A stretch of 32,000 nucleotides of DNA, taken from assembly GCF_001598795.1 (NCBI RefSeq), contig NZ_BCZP01000018.1, positions 30,001 to 62,000 on the forward strand. Reading direction: 5' to 3'. A program made the position numbers and the translations under genes. This DNA comes from Delftia acidovorans NBRC 14950. GTDB taxonomy: Bacteria; Pseudomonadota; Gammaproteobacteria; Burkholderiales; Burkholderiaceae_C. Shown here piece after piece: positions 8,586 through 17,293 of this stretch; within the stretch, counting starts at the first letter, position 1, and each line of letters begins with the position of its first letter. The notes under the pieces were generated by a model. The model made no database searches. It saw only the letters and a list, made by a program, of their open reading frames with translations, and was not told the origin of the DNA.

Positions 8586-9668
8586 TCAGGAGCGGGCGTT
8601 CCACGCGGCCAGCGTGTCTTGCAGGCTGGCGGCGCGCGGGGGGCGGGGCTGCTCGGGCACGCTGCGCGAAAAGCGCGGCGCCGGCGCGGGCTGGAGCACG
8701 CCACCGGCCTCGGTGAACGTGGCGCGCGCGCGGTTGTGGGCGTGCTGGGGCGCCTCGTCCCAGTCGAGCACGGGGGCGAAGCAGGCATCGCTGCCTTCCA
8801 GCAGCTCGCACCACTGCTGGCGCGTGCGCGTGCGGAACACATCGGCCAGGCGCAGCTTGAGCAGGGGCCAGCGTGCGGCGTCCAGTTGCGCGTCGAACAG
8901 CGGGTCCTGTATGCCGCAGCGCTGGCGCAGCTCGGCGTAGAACTGCGGCTCGATGGCGCCTATGGCGATGTATTTGCCGTCGGCGCAGGCATAGGTGTCA
9001 TAGAAGTGCGCGCCGCCGTCCAGCAGGTTCTCGCCGCGCTGGTTGCTCCACTGGCCCTTGGCCTTGAAGCCGTACATGAAGGCCGACAGCAGGGCCGTGC
9101 CATCGGTCATGGCCGCATCGATGACCTGGCCCCGGCCGCTGCGCCCGGCCTCGTGCAGGGCGGCCAGCAGGCCCACGGCCAGCAGCATGCCGCCGCCGCC
9201 GAAGTCGCCCACGTAGTTGAGCGGCGGCACGGGCGCCTCGCCCGCGCGGCCGATGGCGTGCAGCGCGCCGGAGATGGCGATGTAGTTGATGTCGTGCCCC
9301 GCCGCATGCGCCAGCGGACCGTGCTGGCCCCAGCCCGTCATGCGGCCGTAGACCAGGCGCGGGTTGCGCGCCAGGCAGGGCTCGGGCCCCAGGCCCAGGC
9401 GCTCCATCACGCCGGGCCGAAAGCCCTCGATCAGCAGATCGGCGCGTGCGATCAGCGCCAGGGCCGAGGCCTGGCCTTCCTCGCCGCGCAGGTCGATCTC
9501 GACCTGGCTGCGGCTGCGCGTGGTGATGTCCTGTGCATCGACCGGCGTGCCGGGCCGCGCGATGCGCAGCACCTCGGCACCCATGTCGGCCAGCAGCATG
9601 GCGCAGAACGGCCCCGGGCCCAGGCCCGCGAACTCGACAACGCGCACGCCTTCAAGCGGTCCTGGCAT
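8586..9668 (-). CDS. Family III CoA-transferase, alpha-methylacyl-CoA racemase-like
   Basis: Track ORF 8586..9668(-), 360 aa. The N-terminus is [42 protein letters not shown] matches the AMACR/MCR signature GHDINY (from memory). AAGGAGA lies upstream. Confidence 0.88.
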   Translation of the reverse strand: MPGPLEGVRVVEFAGLGPGPFCAMLLADMGAEVLRIARPGTPVDAQDITTRSRSQVEIDLRGEEGQASALALIARADLLIEGFRPGVMERLGLGPEPCLARNPRLVYGRMTGWGQHGPLAHAAGHDINYIAISGALHAIGRAGEAPVPPLNYVGDFGGGGMLLAVGLLAALHEAGRSGRGQVIDAAMTDGTALLSAFMYGFKAKGQWSNQRGENLLDGGAHFYDTYACADGKYIAIGAIEPQFYAELRQRCGIQDPLFDAQLDAARWPLLKLRLADVFRTRTRQQWCELLEGSDACFAPVLDWDEAPQHAHNRARATFTEAGGVLQPAPAPRFSRSVPEQPRPPRAASLQDTLAAWNARS

Positions 9669-9680
9669 GGAGGTCTCCTT

Positions 9681-11336
9681 TCAGGCTGTGGGCAGTGGAT
9701 GGTTCTTGTACTGCTCGCGCAACTTCGTTTTCAGCAGCTTGCCGGTGGCTGTGTGCGGCAGCTCGGCTACCTGCAGCACATCGTCGGGCAGCCACCATTT
9801 GGCGATGCGCGTGGACAGGAAGTCGAGCATGGACTCGCGGCTGACGCTGTGGCCTGCGCGCGGCACCACCAGCAGCAGCGGCCGCTCCTGCCACTTGGGA
9901 TGGGCCACGCCGATGATGGCGGCCTCGGCCACGCCGGGATGGCCCATGGCGGCGTTCTCCACGTCGATGGAGGAAATCCACTCGCCGCCCGACTTGATCA
10001 CGTCCTTGGCGCGGTCCACCAGCTGCAGGAAGCCGTCGGCATCGATGGTGGCCACGTCGCCCGTGGTGAAGAAGCCTTCCTCATCGACGGGCGAGCCGCC
10101 TTCGCCCTTGAAGTAGCCGCTGGCGATCCAGGGGCCGCGCACGCGCAGGTGTCCCCGGGCCTGGCCGTCCCAGGGCTGGGGCCGGCCGTCGTCGTCCACG
10201 ATCTTGAGGTCCACGCCCCAGACGCCGCGTCCCTGCTTGAGCTTGACCTTGACCAGCTCCTCGCCCGACAGCGCGTCGTGCCGGGGCAGCAGCTTGCTGA
10301 CCACGCCGATGGGGCTGGTCTCGGTCATGCCCCAGCCCTGCACGACCTGGGCGCCGAACTGGTTCTCGAAGCGCTCCAGCATGGCGCGCGGCACGGCCGC
10401 GCCGCCGATGCCTATGCTCTTGACGCCCAGCGCGCGCGGGTCGATGTCGGGATGCGCATCCAGGTACTGGAACAGCATCAGCCACACGGTGGGCACGCCC
10501 TGCGAGAAGGTGACCTTCTCGTCGCGCATGAGCTCGTAGACGCTCTGGCCGTCCAGGTGGGGGCCGGGCAGCACCAGCCGGGCACCGGCCATGGCCGCCG
10601 CATAGGGCGTGCCCCAGGCGTTGGCATGGAACATGGGCACGATGAGCATCACGGTCTCGCTCGCGTTCAGGCCGAAGGTGTCGGGCGCCAGCTCCATCAG
10701 CGTGTGCAGCACGGTGGAGCGGTGCGAGTACAGCACGCCCTTGGGGTGGCCCGTGGTGCCCGAGGTGTAGCACAGCGACGAGGCCGTGCGCTCGTCGAAC
10801 TCGGGCCAGTCGAAGTCCTCGCTCTGGTTGCCCACCAGTTCGTCCCAGCAGTGCAGGTCGGGCAGGTCCAGCGCGGGCATGTGCTCGCGCGAACTCATGC
10901 AGACATAGGTGGTGACGGTCTTCAGATGCGGTGCGAGCTTTTCCACCAGCGGCGCGAAGGTCACGTCGAAGAACAGCACCCGGTCCTCGGCATGGTTGGC
11001 GATGTATTCGATCTGCTCGGGAAACAGGCGCGGGTTGATGGTGTGCAGCACCGCGCCGCTGCCCGAGACGCCGAAGTACAGCGCCAGGTGGCGCCAGCTG
11101 TTCCAGGCCAGCGTGCCCACGCGTTCGCCGGGCTGCACGCCCAGCGACTGCAGGGCGTTGGCCACCTGGCAGGAGGCGCGGCGCATGCCGGCCCAGTCGG
11201 TGCGGTGCAGGCCACCGTCCCGTGTTTCCGGCAGGCGCGAGACGATCTCGGTGTGCGGGTGAAAGCGCGCCGCATGCTCGATCAGCGACGAGATCATGAG
11301 CGGGCGGTCCTGCATCAGTCCTTGCAAGGCGGGCAT
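9681..11336 (-). CDS. Long/medium-chain acyl-CoA synthetase (AMP-forming)
   Basis: Track ORF 9681..11375(-). I chose the start at the 14th codon (MPALQGLMQDRPLMISSLIEHAARFH) because AGGAGA precedes it. The AMP-binding motif is YTSGTTGHPKGV. Confidence 0.9.
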   Translation of the reverse strand: MPALQGLMQDRPLMISSLIEHAARFHPHTEIVSRLPETRDGGLHRTDWAGMRRASCQVANALQSLGVQPGERVGTLAWNSWRHLALYFGVSGSGAVLHTINPRLFPEQIEYIANHAEDRVLFFDVTFAPLVEKLAPHLKTVTTYVCMSSREHMPALDLPDLHCWDELVGNQSEDFDWPEFDERTASSLCYTSGTTGHPKGVLYSHRSTVLHTLMELAPDTFGLNASETVMLIVPMFHANAWGTPYAAAMAGARLVLPGPHLDGQSVYELMRDEKVTFSQGVPTVWLMLFQYLDAHPDIDPRALGVKSIGIGGAAVPRAMLERFENQFGAQVVQGWGMTETSPIGVVSKLLPRHDALSGEELVKVKLKQGRGVWGVDLKIVDDDGRPQPWDGQARGHLRVRGPWIASGYFKGEGGSPVDEEGFFTTGDVATIDADGFLQLVDRAKDVIKSGGEWISSIDVENAAMGHPGVAEAAIIGVAHPKWQERPLLLVVPRAGHSVSRESMLDFLSTRIAKWWLPDDVLQVAELPHTATGKLLKTKLREQYKNHPLPTA

Positions 11337-11371
11337 GGGGGTGTCTCCTGTCGTTGTCCTGAAGGCCGGGG

Positions 11372-12580
11372 TCATTGCACGGGCGCGTAGCGGCTGCCGT
11401 CGAAGCGCACGAGCTGCATCTTCTTGATGGGGAAGAAATCGTCCGCACCGGTCTGCAGGCTGATGCCCGGGTAGAGCATGGGCAGGTCCATCTTCAGGCT
11501 GGCGGCCTGCTTCATGATGTTGGCGCGCGTGAGCTCGTCGCCGGCCTGCCTGAGCACCTGTACCAGGGTCTGGGCCTGTGAGTAGCCGATGACGTTGAGC
11601 GAATCGTTGGGGTCGCCGGCCGGGTAGAACTGCTTCATGAAGGCCAGGTAGCCCGCCAGCTCGGGCGTGCCCTGGTTGGTGGGGTCCGAGGGCTCGCGCA
11701 GGTAGCTGGCCGTCATCACGCCGCGTGCGTTGTCCAGGCCCGCGGGCTTGAGCACCGAGCTGATGGACAGCGAGACGCTGACCAGGTAGTGCGCAGGCTT
11801 CCAGCCGATGTCGGCGGCCTTGCGTATGGACTGGGCCGCGAACTTGGGCGTGCTGATGTTGATGAAGGTGTCCGCCCCCGAGCCCTTGAGCGCCACCATC
11901 TGGCTGTCCACCGTGGGGTCGCCGACCTCGTAGGTCTGCTGCACGACGATGCGCTGCTTGGCCTGCTCGCCAAAGCCGTCGAGCACGCCCTTGAGGTAGT
12001 CCTTGCCGAAGTCGTCGTTCTGCATCAGGACGGCCACCTTGGCCTGGGGCCGCGTGGCCAGGATGTGCTGGGCGAAGGTGCGGCCTTCGAGCTGGTAGGT
12101 GGGCTGCCAGCCCATGGTCCAGGGGAAGTTCTTCGGATCGCCCCAGCGCGTGGCGCCCGTGGAGACGAACAGCTGGGGCACCTTGCGCTGGTTCATGTAG
12201 CGATGCACGGCCTGGTTGTGCGAGGTGCCCAGCGCGCCGAACATCAGCAGCACGCCGTCGCGCTCGACCAGCTTGCGCGTCTGCTCCACGCTCTGGGCGG
12301 GGTTGTAGGCGTCGTCGGCGGAGAGGTAGGTGATCTTGCGGCCGTTGATGCCGCCTTCGGCATTGATCTTGGCGAAGTAGGCCGCATGGGCCTTGCCGAT
12401 GGTGCCGTAGGCCGACACCGGGCCCGAGTAGGGCACGAAGTTGCCGATGCGGATCTCGGTGTCGCTGGCGCCGGTGTCGTACTTCTTCTGGGCCTGGGCT
12501 GGCGCCTGGGTGATGGCCGGCAGGGCCAGCGCCAGGCAGGCGATCAGGGCCCAGGGGCCCCGGGCGATGGTGTTGCGCAT
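11372..12580 (-). CDS. ABC transporter substrate-binding protein, Leu/Ile/Val-binding (type I PBP, HAAT) family
   Basis: This is the C-terminal 402 aa of track ORF 11372..13297(-). It starts MRNTIARGPWALIACLALALPAITQAPAQA (signal peptide), preceded by CAGGAGA. The mature part is typical of LivK/LivJ-like proteins. Confidence 0.9.
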   Translation of the reverse strand: MRNTIARGPWALIACLALALPAITQAPAQAQKKYDTGASDTEIRIGNFVPYSGPVSAYGTIGKAHAAYFAKINAEGGINGRKITYLSADDAYNPAQSVEQTRKLVERDGVLLMFGALGTSHNQAVHRYMNQRKVPQLFVSTGATRWGDPKNFPWTMGWQPTYQLEGRTFAQHILATRPQAKVAVLMQNDDFGKDYLKGVLDGFGEQAKQRIVVQQTYEVGDPTVDSQMVALKGSGADTFINISTPKFAAQSIRKAADIGWKPAHYLVSVSLSISSVLKPAGLDNARGVMTASYLREPSDPTNQGTPELAGYLAFMKQFYPAGDPNDSLNVIGYSQAQTLVQVLRQAGDELTRANIMKQAASLKMDLPMLYPGISLQTGADDFFPIKKMQLVRFDGSRYAPVQ

Positions 12581-12596
12581 GGTTGTCTCCTGGCTT

Positions 12597-12620
12597 GCGG
12601 GCGCCGTGCCCGCTTTTCTT
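12597..12620 (+). other. Hairpin plus T-run oriented on the + strand (antisense to the operon), abutting the SBP ribosome-binding site
   Basis: gcgggc (12597-12602), loop gccgt, gcccgc (12608-12613), then ttttctt (12614-12620). On the minus strand the same hairpin sits directly 5' of AGGAGA-ATG and is preceded by an A-run. Confidence 0.4.
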
Positions 12621-12660
12621 GTGGTGGCCGGTCCATGGTAGGAACCGGCCCGGCGCGCGC

Positions 12661-12682
12661 CCATCGTCGATTCCGACGAATG
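12661..12682. promoter_or_regulatory. Palindrome site 1: ccCATCGTCGattcCGACGAAtg (candidate operator or RNA hairpin)
   Basis: The inverted-repeat core is TCGTCG-N4-CGACGA. It lies between the crotonase stop (12711) and the SBP ATG (12580), and matches site 2 at 20 of 22 positions. Confidence 0.55.
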
Positions 12683-12710
12683 CATGTGCGGGCGCAGCAA
12701 GGTGCGGCGG

Positions 12711-13568
12711 TCAGCCCGGCTGGCGTGGCGCGAAGACGGGTTCGCGCTTTTGCATGAAGGCCTGCACGCCCTCCATGAAGGCCGGCGCGCCCACCAGCTC
12801 GCGCTGGCGTTCAGCCTCGTAGTGAAGCTGCTGCTCCAGCGTGGAAGCGGCTGCGTGGTCCAGCGCGCGGCGGGCTTCCAGCACGGCACCGGCCGGCAGC
12901 CGCGCCAGGCGTGCGGCCGTGGCCAGGGCCTGCTCGCGCAGGGCCTCGTCGTCCACGCAGGCCCAGACCAGGCCCCAGTCGGCGGCCTGCTGCGCGCCAA
13001 GCCTGTCGCCCAGCAGGGACAGGCCCAGGGCGCGCGCACGGCCCAGCCGGCGCTCGATGAACCAGGTGGTGCCCAGGTCCGGCACGATGCCCAGGCGCGG
13101 CAGGAAAGGCAGGTAGAAGTAGGCCGAGCGCGCCGCCAGCGCCACGTCGCCGGCCAGGGCCAGGCCCACGCCGGCCCCGGCTGCCGCGCCGTTGATGGCG
13201 CAGACCACGGGCACGGGCAACTGCTGCAGGTCCAGGATGAGGCGGTTGGACAGCTGCTGCATGTTGTCGGCCGTCTGCGCGCCCAGCGTGCGGCCATCGG
13301 CCTGGGCCCCGCCTTGTGCCCCGCCTTGTGCGCCGCCCATGGACGACAGGTCCGCGCCCACGCAAAAACCCCGGCCCTCGGCGGTGAGCACCAGGGCGCG
13401 TAGGGTGGTGTCCTCGCGCACCTCGGCTAGCAGTTCGCGCAGCCGCAGCTGCAAGGGCCTGCCCAGCGGATTCATGCGGGCGCTGTCCTGGAGGACGATG
13501 AGGGCGATCTCGCCGCTGTCGCCGTTGTTGCCGTGGCGTTCCATGCGGACGGCCGGACTGGAATTCAT
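12711..13568 (-). CDS. Enoyl-CoA hydratase/isomerase (crotonase family) with a GGAQ-repeat insertion
   Basis: This is the C-terminal 285 aa of track ORF 12711..14105(-). It starts MNSSPAVRMERHG, preceded by AGGAG. Signatures LTAEGRGFCVGADL and CAINGAAAGAGVGLALAGDVA are present. Confidence 0.88.
   Translation of the reverse strand: MNSSPAVRMERHGNNGDSGEIALIVLQDSARMNPLGRPLQLRLRELLAEVREDTTLRALVLTAEGRGFCVGADLSSMGGAQGGAQGGAQADGRTLGAQTADNMQQLSNRLILDLQQLPVPVVCAINGAAAGAGVGLALAGDVALAARSAYFYLPFLPRLGIVPDLGTTWFIERRLGRARALGLSLLGDRLGAQQAADWGLVWACVDDEALREQALATAARLARLPAGAVLEARRALDHAAASTLEQQLHYEAERQRELVGAPAFMEGVQAFMQKREPVFAPRQPG
13307..13330. repeat. 12-nt in-frame tandem repeat (ccccgccttgtg x2 plus degenerate flanks) encoding GGAQGGAQGGAQ
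   Basis: Two perfect copies lie at 13307-13318 and 13319-13330. The protein reads GADLSSMGGAQGGAQGGAQADG. Confidence 0.7.
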
Positions 13569-13597
13569 GGGGGACTCCTGTGGGTGGGGATGGAAAG

Positions 13598-14638
13598 TCA
13601 GGTGCGCGGCCGCTGCCGGGGCAGGCGACGGCCCGGCCGGCCCGGCCGGCCCAGTCGGTGCAGCAGGCCCATCACGCCGCCGGGCATGGCAAACATGAAG
13701 ACGATGAGCACGGTGCCGTAGACGGCCCAGGGCGCGGCCTTGGAGACCTGCTCGGCCAGCCCCGGGATGAACATGATGAACAGGGCGCCGAACAGCGCGC
13801 CCCACAGCGTTCCCACGCCGCCCACCACCACGCCCACCAGCAGCGAAATGGACAGGAACATGGTGAAGGAGTCGGGCGCCACGAACTGCACGGCAATGGC
13901 CGACAGCGCGCCGCCCACGCCCGTGTAGCCGGCCGAAATCGCAAAGGCCATGGACTTGCAGTGCGCGTTGTCCACACCCATGGCCTCGGCCGCCATGGCG
14001 TGGTCGCGGATGGCGCGCAGCGCCAGGCCGCTGCCGCTGTCTATGAGGTTGCGCGCCATCCAGAACAGCAGCGCCGCCACGGCCAATGCATAGAGGTAGA
14101 ACCACTGGTCGGCATCCAGCGGCAGGCCCCAGGGCGCCTCGGGCTTGGTCAGCACGATGCCGCCCACGCCGCCGGTCCAGGCCTCCAGGTGGCGGTACTT
14201 GAGCAGCTGGGGCATGGCCACGCCCAGCGCAAAGGTGGCCAGCGCCAGGTACAGCCCTTCCAACCTGAGCGCGGGCCGCCCGAACAGGTAGCCCGCCGCC
14301 AGGCTCACCAGGCCCGCTGCAGGCACGGCCAGCCAGTAGGCCAGGCCCGCGCGGTCCATCAGGATGCCGGCCGCATAGGCGCCTATGGCGAAGAAGGCGC
14401 CATGGCCCAGCGAGATCTGGCCGCTGTAGCCCGTGAGGATGTTCAGCCCCACCAGGGCCACGGCATAGGCCAGCACCATGGTGGCCTGGAACAGCTGGTA
14501 GCCCTTGGCCACGAAGACCAGCGAGCAGGCCGCCAGCGCCAGCGTCGCGATCAGTACCGTGCCCAGGGGCAGGGGGCGGCGCGCGCTGGTGGCGGCGACC
14601 AGTGCGTCAGACGAGGAGGCGGATCGTGTGGACATCAT
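13598..14638 (-). CDS. livM: Branched-chain-type (HAAT) ABC transporter permease
   Basis: Track ORF 13598..14809(-). The plausible start is the ATG-ATG pair at 14638/14635 (MMSTRSASSS...), after GGAGAACA. The rest is a multi-span hydrophobic LivM-like sequence. The symbol denotes the family only; the substrate is unknown. Confidence 0.85.
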   Translation of the reverse strand: MMSTRSASSSDALVAATSARRPLPLGTVLIATLALAACSLVFVAKGYQLFQATMVLAYAVALVGLNILTGYSGQISLGHGAFFAIGAYAAGILMDRAGLAYWLAVPAAGLVSLAAGYLFGRPALRLEGLYLALATFALGVAMPQLLKYRHLEAWTGGVGGIVLTKPEAPWGLPLDADQWFYLYALAVAALLFWMARNLIDSGSGLALRAIRDHAMAAEAMGVDNAHCKSMAFAISAGYTGVGGALSAIAVQFVAPDSFTMFLSISLLVGVVVGGVGTLWGALFGALFIMFIPGLAEQVSKAAPWAVYGTVLIVFMFAMPGGVMGLLHRLGRPGRPGRRLPRQRPRT

Positions 14639-14812
14639 TGTTCTCCAGGGCGTTTGGCACAAAACTGGCGTGGCCCAAAAGCGAGGGAAACCGAGCAAGG
14701 GCCTACGCCGGCCGCGCCGCCCCGCCGCGAGGGTGTCGTCCCCCTCCTGCGTAGCGAGAGAGGGGGCGCCGTGCAACGGGAAGCGGCGTCCGCCGCTCAG
14801 GGGGGGCATTGT
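14639..14812. repeat. 174-nt GC-rich REP-like spacer between livH and livM
   Basis: CCCCCTC (14740-14746) pairs with GAGGGGG (14760-14766), and there is a near-palindrome GCGGCG-TC-CGCCGC (14783-14796). It loosely resembles the reverse complement of the 27600-27670 element (GCG.AGC.AG...GGGGGC.CC.GT). Confidence 0.4.
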
Positions 14813-15685
14813 TCAAACCCTCCTGACGACTTTGCGGCCCATCAGCCCGGCCGGCCGCACGATGAGCACGCCCACGATCAGCACCAGGGCCACAGAAAGC
14901 TTGAGTTCGGTGCCGACCACGTAGCTGCCCACGAGGTTTTCAAGCACGCCCACGATGAAGCCGCCCAGCACGGCGCCCGCGGGGCTGTCGATGCCGCCCA
15001 GCAGCGCGCCCGCAAAGGCATACAGCAGCACGCCGCTCATCATGTGCGGATCGAGGAAGACCACGGGCGCCACCATCATCCCGGCCACCGCGCCGATGGC
15101 GCCGGCCAGGCCCCAGCCCAGCATCAGCATGCGCCCCACGGAGATGCCCACCAGGCGCGAGGAGGCCGGGTTCTGAGCGGCCGCGCGCATGGCCAGCCCC
15201 AGCGGCGTGAGCCGGAAGAAGGCAAACAGCAGGGCCACGATGGCCAGCGCCACGAAGATGGTGCCCACCTCATGGGCCGACATCAGGGCGCTGCCATACC
15301 AGGCGTCGGCCGGGAACGGGCTGGGGAACTCCTTGATGGTGTAGCCGAAGATCCAGCCGGCCAGGCTGTGGAAGACGATCAGCAGGCCGATGAAGACCAC
15401 CACCTGGGCCAGGTCCGCCGCCTTGTGCATGGGGCGGATGATGGCGAACTCCACGGCCGCGCCCAGCACGAAGGACAGCGCCACCGTGGCCAGGAAGGCC
15501 CACCAGTACGGCAGCCCCGCCTGCAGCAGCGCCCAGGCGATGAAGGTGGAGAACATGGCCATCTCGCCCTGCGCGAAATTGATGTGGTGCGTGGCCTGGT
15601 AGATCATGACCAGGGCCAGCGCCACGGTGGCGTAGATGCCGCCCGTGGCCAGGCCGGCCAGCAATTGGTGGATGAAGGCGTCCAT
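14813..15685 (-). CDS. livH: Branched-chain-type (HAAT) ABC transporter permease
   Basis: Track ORF 14813..15685(-), 290 aa. It is a LivH-like multi-span sequence starting MDAFIHQLLAGLATGGIYA. GGGGAG lies upstream. Confidence 0.92.
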   Translation of the reverse strand: MDAFIHQLLAGLATGGIYATVALALVMIYQATHHINFAQGEMAMFSTFIAWALLQAGLPYWWAFLATVALSFVLGAAVEFAIIRPMHKAADLAQVVVFIGLLIVFHSLAGWIFGYTIKEFPSPFPADAWYGSALMSAHEVGTIFVALAIVALLFAFFRLTPLGLAMRAAAQNPASSRLVGISVGRMLMLGWGLAGAIGAVAGMMVAPVVFLDPHMMSGVLLYAFAGALLGGIDSPAGAVLGGFIVGVLENLVGSYVVGTELKLSVALVLIVGVLIVRPAGLMGRKVVRRV

Positions 15686-15690
15686 GGCCG

Positions 15691-16416
15691 CTACTCCCCG
15701 AGATAGGCCTGGCGCACCGCGTCGTTGCGGCGCATGGCTTCGCTGGGACCGTGCAGCACGATGCGGCCGGTCTCCAGCAGGTAGGCGCTGTGCGCCAGCT
15801 CCAGCGCCAGGCGCGCGTTCTGCTCCACCAGCAGGATGGTCGTGCCCTGCTCGGCGTTGATGCGCCGCAGGATGCCGAAGATGTCGCGCACCACCAGCGG
15901 CGCCAGCCCGAAGGAGGGCTCGTCAAGTAGCAGCAGGCGCGGGCGGCCCATGAGGGCACGGGCAATGGCCAGCATCTGCTGCTCGCCGCCCGACAGCGTG
16001 CCGGCCTGCTGGGTGCGGCGCTCGCGCAGGCGGGGGAAGTAGCCGAACATGCGCTCCATATCGCTGCCCACGTCGGCACGGGCCGCACGCGTGGGCCGGG
16101 CCTGCGCCCCCAGGCGCAGGTTGTCCTCGGCGCTGAGCTGGGCGAAGGTGCCGCGCCCGTCGGGCACATGGCCCACGCCCTGGCGCGCGATGCGCTCGGT
16201 GCTGTGCCGGTCTATGCGTTCGCCGGCCAGGCGCACCTCACCGCGTGTGTCCACCAGGTGGCGGCAGATGGCGCGCAGCGTGGTGGTCTTGCCCGCGCCA
16301 TTGGCGCCCAGCAGGGCCGTGACGCGGCCTTCGGCCAGGTCCATGTCGATGCCGTCCAGCACGCGCACCGACCCGTAGGCCGCATGCAGTCCGCGGATTT
16401 CAAGCAGTGCCGGCAT
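15691..16416 (-). CDS. livF: ABC transporter ATP-binding protein (LivF-type)
   Basis: Track ORF 15691..16485(-). The start is at the 24th codon (MPALLEIRGLHAAYG), preceded by GGAGGTGG, and overlaps the livG 3' end by 17 nt. Walker A is GANGAGKTT and the ABC signature is LSGGEQQ. Confidence 0.9.
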   Translation of the reverse strand: MPALLEIRGLHAAYGSVRVLDGIDMDLAEGRVTALLGANGAGKTTTLRAICRHLVDTRGEVRLAGERIDRHSTERIARQGVGHVPDGRGTFAQLSAEDNLRLGAQARPTRAARADVGSDMERMFGYFPRLRERRTQQAGTLSGGEQQMLAIARALMGRPRLLLLDEPSFGLAPLVVRDIFGILRRINAEQGTTILLVEQNARLALELAHSAYLLETGRIVLHGPSEAMRRNDAVRQAYLGE

Positions 16417-17224
16417 GCGCCACCTCCCTGTCCTGGTCCTGCGGCTGCATGTCCGAACCCAGGTAGGCGCGGATGACTTCGGCATGGGCGCGAACCTCGC
16501 CCGGCGTGCCCTCGGCGATCTTGCGGCCGAAGTTCAGCGCCACGACCTTGTCGCTCACGCGCATGACCAGGCCCATGTGGTGCTCCACCAGCAGCACGGT
16601 CAGCCCCAGCCGGTCGCGCAGCGACAGGATCAGGTCGCCCAGGCCGGCCAGCTCCTCATGGTTGAGGCCGCAGGCCGGCTCGTCCAGCAGCAGCAACTGC
16701 GGGCGGCAGGCCAGGGCGCGCGCCAGCTCCACGCGCTTTTGCGTGCCGAAGGGCAGGTCGGCCACGCGGCGCTCTGCCACGCCCGTCAGCTCCAGCAGGG
16801 CCATCAGCGATTGCGCCTGGGCGCGGGCTTCTTCCTCGCGCCGGCGCACGCCGGGCAGGCGCAGGGCGTCGCGCACAAAGCCGGCGTGCTGGTGGCTGTG
16901 CGTGCCCAGGCGCACGTTGTCGGCCACCGTCATGCTGGAAAACAGGGCCAGGTTCTGGAAGGTGCGGCCCATGCCCAGCGCGGCCATGCGGTGGCGCGCC
17001 AGCGTGTCCAGCGGCTGGCCGCGAAAGCGGATGTGGCCGGCCTGCCAGGCATACAGCCGAGACAGGCAGTTGAACAGGCTGCTCTTGCCTGCGCCGTTGG
17101 GGCCGATGAGGCCGCAGATCTGGCCTGCCGCAACATCGAAACTCACGCCGTCCAGCGCGACGATGCCGCCAAAGCGCAGCGAAACGCCTTCGATGCGCAG
17201 CAGGGGCTGCGAGTCCTGGCTCAT
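16400..17224 (-). CDS. livG: ABC transporter ATP-binding protein (LivG-type)
   Basis: Track ORF 16400..17224(-), 274 aa. Walker A is GPNGAGKSS, and the LivG-type C-terminal extension is present. GGAGGG lies upstream. Confidence 0.92.
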   Translation of the reverse strand: MSQDSQPLLRIEGVSLRFGGIVALDGVSFDVAAGQICGLIGPNGAGKSSLFNCLSRLYAWQAGHIRFRGQPLDTLARHRMAALGMGRTFQNLALFSSMTVADNVRLGTHSHQHAGFVRDALRLPGVRRREEEARAQAQSLMALLELTGVAERRVADLPFGTQKRVELARALACRPQLLLLDEPACGLNHEELAGLGDLILSLRDRLGLTVLLVEHHMGLVMRVSDKVVALNFGRKIAEGTPGEVRAHAEVIRAYLGSDMQPQDQDREVAHAGTA

Positions 17225-17248
17225 GGCTTTCCCTCCCCCCGATGGTGG

Positions 17249-17275
17249 GCGACCGGCGCGGCCCGCGCCGGTCGC
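17249..17275 (-). other. Perfect 12-bp GC hairpin in the thiolase-livG spacer
   Basis: gcgaccggcgcg (17249-17260), loop gcc, cgcgccggtcgc (17264-17275). No U-tract follows on the minus strand. Confidence 0.5.
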
Positions 17276-17293
17276 ACCGTGGCATGGCGGCGC

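Noticed and set aside
6810-11390. A 1526-aa + strand ORF spanning four minus-strand genes
   Set aside because: It is an antisense shadow ORF typical of high-GC DNA. Its translation is Ala/Gly/Arg/His low-complexity with no recognisable domain, whereas the opposite strand encodes four proteins with clear family motifs and SD sequences.
12581-14105. N-terminal extensions of track ORFs 11372..13297 and 12711..14105
   Set aside because: The extensions overlap the upstream genes out of frame and lack family similarity. Internal Met codons with SD sequences give a normal signal peptide and a normal crotonase N-terminus.
13580-15706. A 708-aa + strand ORF opposite livM/livH
   Set aside because: Same reasoning as above. 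It is an antisense shadow with no motifs, and the minus strand carries convincing permease genes.
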